Notes under the pieces: generated by a model | What the model was told of the DNA's origin: nothing | What the model saw: only the letters and a program-made list of their open reading frames with translations | Databases searched by the model: none | Assembly (NCBI GenBank): GCA_005877965.1 | Contig: VBNP01000025.1 | Location: forward strand, 1 to 41,228 | Direction of reading: 5' to 3' | DNA length: 41,228 bases | From: Gammaproteobacteria bacterium | GTDB lineage: Bacteria; Pseudomonadota; Gammaproteobacteria; Steroidobacterales; Steroidobacteraceae | Program-made: the position numbers and the translations under genes | Shown here: positions 35,921-41,228 of the stretch, one piece after another | Layout: the number at the start of each line of letters is the position of its first letter | Numbering within the stretch: the first letter of the stretch is position 1

Positions 35921-38062
35921 TCACCGGCGCAGGTCGGCCGTGATCGACAGCATCAGCAGCCGGGCAGGAAGCAGATAGTAGGATTGGTCGCCAAACTCGC
36001 TGGCGGTGACCGGATCGCGCCGGTCGGTCAGGTTTTGACCCTGCACCGCGATGGTGTATTGCCCGAGGCGCCGCCCCAGGCGCGCGTCGAGTGTCAGGTA
36101 TCCGCCTGCCGCAGCGGTATTCAGGCGATCGAGGAAGCGGCGCCCGACGTAGGCGGCCTGGGTGGCGAGCTGCCATCCGTCCGGACCTGAGACTTGCAGC
36201 CCAACGGCGGCAATGTTGTGCGGCGACAGGTTGAGCTGGCGCCCGTCAAGCTGTACCGGGGCTCCTGACTCGATCGTCATGGTATTGCCGAAGCGCGTGT
36301 CGTGATAGCTGTATGCCGCCGTCAGGACGGTGCCGGGCAGTGCCTGCCAGCGCAGCTCGGTCTCCGCACCCGTAAAGCGCTCGCGTCCGGCGTTGACCAT
36401 GACCGGGGCTCCGTTGGCGTCGGTCTGATTCACGACGAGATTGGCGAAATCGAGCTTGAACGCCGCGATCTCCCAATCGACGGCCCCGGCGAGAGTCTTG
36501 ACGCGCAGCCCGCCCTGGTAGGCGCCGGCACTCTCCGGGCGCAGGATGGTGGCGTTGACGTCCGGGCCGAAATCGATGGCGGCCGGCTTGAACGTGTTGC
36601 AATACTGAGCGAACAGGATCCCGCGCTGCGGCCCGTCGGCGGCGCCCCAGATCCGCAACGTCGCACCGAGATCGCCGCTGAGGCGCAGGTAGTTCTGCGA
36701 GTCGGTGAAATACCGGTCATTGGCCGGCTCGACGGTGTCCGCATGCGTCGTCACCTGGTGCTCGTGCGTGTCGTTGAGCCTCAGGCCCCCGAGAACTGCG
36801 AATCGCTCGTGAGGTTTCCAGTCGAGTTGCGCGTACAGGCCGCCGAACTCGCGACGGTCATCGAGCCCATTGATCTCGTCAATAGGCCGCGAGGCACTCG
36901 GAGGCGGTGCCCTGCCGTCGGGCAGCGCCACATACGCAAAATTCCGACTCCGCTGCGTTCCATCGCCGGCGAGCCAATCGAGGCCGGTGGTCAGATTGAG
37001 CGAAGCCGACAGCGCGACGGAGACAAACGTGTCGAAGTACAGCTCCCGCACCCGGCGATCCTGGTTGAAGCCATCGGCATTGTTGCCGTCAGCGCCGAGC
37101 GCCAGCTGCGGCCGCAGGAAGCCGCGTACGTCGTGGGTCGTCGAACCCGTGTACGAGAGCACCGTCCGCCATTCGCCCTGGCGCAGCGCCCGCTCGAAGC
37201 TCATGGCCAGATGCGTGCGGTGTTCGACGATGCCGGAATCGGCGGGATTGAAGTTGCCATCGAGGGGAGTGAGCCTCGTCAACGAGGGTCCGTCGCGAAG
37301 CACCGGACTCGTCGGCAGCTGCGTCTGCGCCCAGTACTCGAGGTCCACTCCCGCGTTGCCGCCGAGGAACGCAGCGGCGGCGCGGTACAGCCCGTGGGCG
37401 CGGTCAAACCCCTGGTCGCGGCCGCTGAGCCGCGTGCGCTCAGCATCAAGGAGCAGGGACTGGCGATAAGAGCCGATGAGCGGCAGCGCCGTGGACAGCG
37501 AACCGGCCGCGCTGGAGCGGCTGCCGCCGGCGACGCTCAGCTCGTCGGCGCTCTCGCCGGCAGGATAGCGGATCACATGAATCACGCCGACGAAGGAAGT
37601 CGCTCCGAACATGACCGGCGCCGCGCCTTTCATGATCTCGATGCGCTCGACGTCGTTGAGATCCAGCGTCGGAACGGCCGGGTTGAACGCGCCGCCCCAG
37701 GGCACACCGTCGACCACGAGCAGGAAGGCGTCGAACTCGTGCAGTCCCCACAAGGACGGCACGCTGCCCGCGGGGCCGGAATCGCCTCCGGGCGGTGCGT
37801 CGACGCCCGCGACCGTTGCCAGCGCCGTACGCAGATCGGCGGCACCCAGGCGCCGAAGTTCCTCGCCCTGAATGACCGTCAGCGAGGCCGGCACGTAGTC
37901 GACCGCTTCGGACACGCGCGTCGCGGTGATCTGCACCTCAGGTAGGAGGACTCCTGCAGCGCCCCCTGTCTGTTCAGCGGCGTGCGCGAAGCTCGCTCCA
38001 CAGCCGAACAAGAGCACCAGCGTCAGCAAGACGCGGTGGCCGACGGCGTCGAAGCCGGACAC
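35921..38062 (-). CDS. TonB-dependent receptor
   Basis: It has a signal peptide (...HRVLLTLVLLFGCGASFAHA/AEQ), a plug domain (PEVQITATR...IEIMKGAAPVMFGATSFVGVIHV) and a barrel with a C-terminal ...LMLSITADLRR. The start is uncertain. A GTG at 38062 is one option, and the ORF stays open to 38209. Confidence 0.85.
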   Translation of the reverse strand: MSGFDAVGHRVLLTLVLLFGCGASFAHAAEQTGGAAGVLLPEVQITATRVSEAVDYVPASLTVIQGEELRRLGAADLRTALATVAGVDAPPGGDSGPAGSVPSLWGLHEFDAFLLVVDGVPWGGAFNPAVPTLDLNDVERIEIMKGAAPVMFGATSFVGVIHVIRYPAGESADELSVAGGSRSSAAGSLSTALPLIGSYRQSLLLDAERTRLSGRDQGFDRAHGLYRAAAAFLGGNAGVDLEYWAQTQLPTSPVLRDGPSLTRLTPLDGNFNPADSGIVEHRTHLAMSFERALRQGEWRTVLSYTGSTTHDVRGFLRPQLALGADGNNADGFNQDRRVRELYFDTFVSVALSASLNLTTGLDWLAGDGTQRSRNFAYVALPDGRAPPPSASRPIDEINGLDDRREFGGLYAQLDWKPHERFAVLGGLRLNDTHEHQVTTHADTVEPANDRYFTDSQNYLRLSGDLGATLRIWGAADGPQRGILFAQYCNTFKPAAIDFGPDVNATILRPESAGAYQGGLRVKTLAGAVDWEIAAFKLDFANLVVNQTDANGAPVMVNAGRERFTGAETELRWQALPGTVLTAAYSYHDTRFGNTMTIESGAPVQLDGRQLNLSPHNIAAVGLQVSGPDGWQLATQAAYVGRRFLDRLNTAAAGGYLTLDARLGRRLGQYTIAVQGQNLTDRRDPVTASEFGDQSYYLLPARLLMLSITADLRR

Positions 38063-38119
38063 CTCGAGCAGCGTCCACTTGAGTGTGCTCGACCCGGCGT
38101 TCAGCACCAGTACGCGCAC
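38063..38119 (-). pseudogene. ackA: acetate kinase N-terminal remnant (19 codons) in frame with the TonB-dependent receptor ORF
   Basis: From the GTG at 38119 the frame encodes VRVLVLNAGSSTLKWTLLE. This matches the ASKHA phosphate-1 motif that opens acetate kinases (hLVLNxGSSShKa). It lies divergently next to phosphoketolase, the usual genomic partner of ackA. Confidence 0.45.
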
Positions 38120-38221
38120 GTCACCATCCCGATCTTCTTCTCCTGCCGCAGAGAATAGCGGACAACGCGACCTCGGGTTCGACAAGACGACACGGCAACA
38201 ACGGCGCATACTAAGTGTCGG

Positions 38222-40636
38222 ATGTCGGCAATGGATAGCGGGGATGGGACGATGGCGCCGGCGTCGGAGCGTGAGCTCGGCCTGATCGATGCGTGGTGGC
38301 GGGCCGCCAATTACGTCTCAGTGGGTCAGATCTACCTGTGCGACAACCCGCTGCTTGCCGAACCCCTTTCCGCCGCGCACATCAAGCGCATGCTCCTCGG
38401 GCACTGGGGGACCACACCGGGCCAGAATTTCATCTACGCGCACCTCAACCGCATCATCCGCGCCTACGGCGTCAACATGATCTACATCTCCGGCCCGGGT
38501 CATGGCGGACCGGCGCTGGTGGGCAATGCGTATCTCGAGGGCACCTACGGCGAGATCTATCCCGAGATCTCCGCCGACGCCGCCGGCCTGAGGAAGCTGT
38601 TCACGCAGTTCTCGTTCCCCGGCGGCATTCCGAGCCACGTTTCGCCCGAATGCCCCGGTTCCATTCATGAGGGCGGAGAGCTCGGCTACTCGCTCAGCCA
38701 CGCCTTCGGCGCGGTGCTCGACAACCCGGAGCTGATCGTCGCCTGCGTGGTCGGTGATGGCGAAGCGGAAACCGGACCGCTCGCGACCGCCTGGCATGCC
38801 AACAAGTTCCTGAATCCGGCCACGGATGGGGTGGTACTGCCGATTCTGCATCTGAACGGCTACAAGATTGCCAATCCCACGATCCTGGCGCGCATCTCCC
38901 GCGGCGAGCTGCGACAACTGCTGCAGGGCTGCGGGTGGACACCGCATTTCGTCGCCGGCGAGGAGCCGCAGACGATGCACCGGCTCATGGCCGATGCGCT
39001 CGACACGGTGATCGGGCGCATCCGGGAGATCCACGAGGCCGCGCGCGTGAAGGGCGACCGCTCTCGCCCGCCGTGGCCGATGATCGTGCTCGAAAGCCCG
39101 AAAGGCTGGACCGGACCTAAAGAGATCGACGGGCAGCGCATAGAGGGCACCTTCAGAGCCCATCAGGTTCCGCTCACCGACCCGCGCAGCAATCCGGCGC
39201 ACCTGCGCCAGCTGGAGAGCTGGTTGCGCAGTTACCGGCCGCAGGAACTGTTCGACGCGCAGGGCCGGCTGCGCGCGGAACTACGCGCCCTCGCGCCCGC
39301 GGGCGAGCGCCGCATGAGCGCCAATCCGCACGCCAACGGCGGCCTGCTGCTGCACGACCTGCATCTGCCCGACTTCCGGGCCTACGCCATCGAGGTGCCC
39401 GGCCCGGGTGCCGCGCAGGCCGAAGACACACGCGTGCTCGGCAGGTATCTGCGCGACGTGATCAGATTGAACGCCACGCGCAGGAACTTTCGCATCTTTG
39501 CGCCCGATGAGACGATCTCGAACCGGCTCACTGCGGTGTTCGAAGCGACCGCGCGGCAGTGGAATGCCGCGACGCTCGAGGGGGATGAGTTCCTCGCCAA
39601 CGACGGCCGGGTGCTCGAGATGCTGAGCGAACACCAGTGCCAGGGCTGGCTCGAAGGTTATCTGCTCACCGGCCGTCACGGGCTCTTCAACTGCTACGAG
39701 GCTTTCGTTCACATCGTCGATTCGATGCTCAACCAGCACGCCAAGTGGCTCAAGGTCAGTGCGCAGCTGCCGTGGCGGCGCAGGATCGCCTCGCTGAACT
39801 ACCTGCTGACCTCGCATGTCTGGCGCCAGGATCACAATGGCTTCACGCACCAGGATCCGGGTTTCCTCGATCACGTCGTCAACAAGAAGGCGCAGGTGGT
39901 GCGCGTATATCTGCCGCCGGACGCCAATTGCCTGCTCTCGGTCATGGACCACTGTCTGCGCAGCCGCCATTACGTCAACGTCGTGGTGGCTGGCAAGCAC
40001 GCGGCGCCGCAATGGCTGGCCATGGATGCGGCGCTCGAGCACTGCACCAGGGGTGTGGGGCTGTGGCCCTGGGCGAGCAATGACGCCGGCGGGGAACCGG
40101 ACGCGGTGATGGCCTGCGCGGGGGACGTGCCGACGCTGGAGACCCTGGCCGCGGTATCGATCCTGCGCAGCGCACTGCCGGAGCTGAAGATCCGTGTGGT
40201 GAATGTCGTGGATCTGATGAGACTGCAGCCCGACACGGAGCATCCACATGGGCTCTGCGACCGCGACTTCGACTCGCTCTTCACGCCGGACAAACCGATC
40301 ATCTTCGCGTTCCACGGATATCCCTGGCTCATCCACCGCCTCGCCTACCGCCGCAGGAACCACCGGAACCTGCACGTGCGCGGATACAAGGAGGAAGGCA
40401 CGATCACGACCCCCTTCGATATGACGGTACTGAACGATATGGATCGCTTCCACCTCGTCCAGGACGTCATCGACCGTCTGCCGCAGCTCGCCGGGCGCGG
40501 CGATTACCTCAAGGACGAAATGCAGAACCGGCTGATCGAGCATCGCCAGTACATCACCCGCCATGGCGAGGATATGCCGCTGGTGCGCGACTGGCGCTGG
40601 CCCGCGCACCCATCCCCGGGCCCGGCAAGACGGTGA
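38222..40636 (+). CDS. xfp: phosphoketolase (xylulose-5-phosphate/fructose-6-phosphate phosphoketolase)
   Basis: The 804-aa product contains [47 protein letters not shown] and [15 protein letters not shown], which are signature TPP-dependent XFP motifs. Confidence 0.95.
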   Translation: MSAMDSGDGTMAPASERELGLIDAWWRAANYVSVGQIYLCDNPLLAEPLSAAHIKRMLLGHWGTTPGQNFIYAHLNRIIRAYGVNMIYISGPGHGGPALVGNAYLEGTYGEIYPEISADAAGLRKLFTQFSFPGGIPSHVSPECPGSIHEGGELGYSLSHAFGAVLDNPELIVACVVGDGEAETGPLATAWHANKFLNPATDGVVLPILHLNGYKIANPTILARISRGELRQLLQGCGWTPHFVAGEEPQTMHRLMADALDTVIGRIREIHEAARVKGDRSRPPWPMIVLESPKGWTGPKEIDGQRIEGTFRAHQVPLTDPRSNPAHLRQLESWLRSYRPQELFDAQGRLRAELRALAPAGERRMSANPHANGGLLLHDLHLPDFRAYAIEVPGPGAAQAEDTRVLGRYLRDVIRLNATRRNFRIFAPDETISNRLTAVFEATARQWNAATLEGDEFLANDGRVLEMLSEHQCQGWLEGYLLTGRHGLFNCYEAFVHIVDSMLNQHAKWLKVSAQLPWRRRIASLNYLLTSHVWRQDHNGFTHQDPGFLDHVVNKKAQVVRVYLPPDANCLLSVMDHCLRSRHYVNVVVAGKHAAPQWLAMDAALEHCTRGVGLWPWASNDAGGEPDAVMACAGDVPTLETLAAVSILRSALPELKIRVVNVVDLMRLQPDTEHPHGLCDRDFDSLFTPDKPIIFAFHGYPWLIHRLAYRRRNHRNLHVRGYKEEGTITTPFDMTVLNDMDRFHLVQDVIDRLPQLAGRGDYLKDEMQNRLIEHRQYITRHGEDMPLVRDWRWPAHPSPGPARR

Positions 40637-40674
40637 CGCGCCCGGGAGGCAGCCGTGGCTCGGCCGCATCATCC

Positions 40675-41228
40675 ATGCGCGCGCGGCTCATGGCGGCCGC
40701 CGCGGCGGCGCTGGGCGTTGCCGGTTGTTCTCTGATCACCCTGAAGAGTCCGGAGCGGCCGCTCTCGAGTCGCGATCTGAATGCGCGCATTCTCACGCGC
40801 GAGTTCTCGTACCGTTTCATCGCGGTGGTCACGCAGTGCGCCGACGACATTGCGGCGCACGACACCGACCCTGAGGTGCTGGCGAATGCGCTGCGCTGGA
40901 AGATCGGCGCGGCGGCGGAGAGTCAGCGTGCGGCTACCCGCCTGGCCCCGATGATGGCTCTGCTCGATAGCTGGGCGCTGGCCTCGCAGATGCAGCAATT
41001 CCTGTCGCCGGGGCAGCCTGGCGGCGCACTGCTCGGCTCTCACCAGGAGGCTGCCCTGACGGTCGCGAGCGAGCTCGATGAGGGGGCTCAGGAGCTGGCG
41101 CGCAGGCTCATCGCTCCCGGTGAACTTGCGCAGTATCAGCAATTCGTCGCGACCTACACGCACGAGCATCCGCTCAGGGATCTGCAGTTCGTACGCGCCT
41201 CGGTCATCGAGCTGTGGAGCCAGAAAAG
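40675..41228 (+). CDS. hypothetical lipoprotein (3' end outside the window)
   Basis: This frame is not in the ORF track because it has no stop within the window. MRARLMAAAAAALGVAGCSLI carries a lipobox (VAGC). The frame stays open to the window end with protein-like composition. The minus-strand ORF 40669-41169 is its shadow. Confidence 0.55.
   Translation, partial: MRARLMAAAAAALGVAGCSLITLKSPERPLSSRDLNARILTREFSYRFIAVVTQCADDIAAHDTDPEVLANALRWKIGAAAESQRAATRLAPMMALLDSWALASQMQQFLSPGQPGGALLGSHQEAALTVASELDEGAQELARRLIAPGELAQYQQFVATYTHEHPLRDLQFVRASVIELWSQK

Noticed and set aside
36302-37945. 547-aa plus-strand ORF antisense to the second TonB-dependent receptor.
   Set aside because: It is a shadow ORF. 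The opposite strand carries clear plug and barrel motifs.
39281-40672. 463-aa minus-strand ORF antisense to phosphoketolase.
   Set aside because: It is a shadow ORF inside a gene with signature XFP motifs.
40669-41169. 166-aa minus-strand ORF after xfp.
   Set aside because: The plus-strand frame from 40675 encodes a lipobox-bearing signal peptide and stays open to the window end. The minus ORF is Arg-rich and is most likely its shadow.
1-41228. Window-wide look for CRISPR arrays, tRNA/rRNA genes, IS transposases and tyrosine/serine recombinases, especially next to the dusA repeats.
   Set aside because: I saw no regularly spaced direct repeats, no tRNA-like T-arm sequence in any intergenic region, and no ORF with integrase or transposase motifs. 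This was a by-eye scan without tools, so small or degraded elements could have been missed.

Overview
This is a high-GC bacterial chromosomal window. A hand count on a 120-nt sample of pckG gives about 69% GC. The gene content looks proteobacterial and probably gammaproteobacterial, but that is an impression and not a test. Most of the window is ordinary housekeeping or metabolic DNA. This includes dapE (partial), dsbB, phoU, phoR, phoB, tsaB, a DinG/YoaA-type helicase, GTP-dependent PEP carboxykinase, a class III cyclase fused to an FHA domain, dusA, a 7-gene co-directional uptake/catabolism cluster, a GST/HAD/haloacid dehalogenase group, a putative copper-handling operon, a second TonB-dependent receptor, phosphoketolase, and a lipoprotein gene cut by the window end.

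The most unusual structure is upstream of dusA. The conserved dusA 5' coding segment (the codons for APMMDWTD) occurs three times, at 10817, 17078 and 18322. The two distal copies are identical at 48 of 49 nt. They bracket a 1.2-kb cassette that holds only an AbrB-family antitoxin gene and a Pol-beta-fold nucleotidyltransferase gene. The proximal interval, about 6.2 kb and lower in GC, carries an orphan addiction-module antitoxin, an outer membrane protein (OMP), a DUF2269 protein, a frameshifted saccharopine-dehydrogenase-like gene and two secreted helical-repeat proteins. This looks like two tandem dusA-targeted integrative elements that have lost their integrases.

A second pair with the same architecture (XRE regulator plus nucleotidyltransferase) sits at 26.0-26.9 kb. 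Both antitoxin genes have sigma70-like promoters placed so that the transcript would be leaderless, and each promoter overlaps a perfect palindrome.

Other oddities are a large BNR/sortilin-like gene broken by an internal deletion plus frameshift, a 19-codon acetate kinase N-terminal remnant fused in frame upstream of a TonB-dependent receptor next to phosphoketolase, and an OMP with a CxxCxC motif in an SCO/TlpA/DUF2946 operon. I found no rRNA, tRNA, CRISPR array, transposase or integrase.
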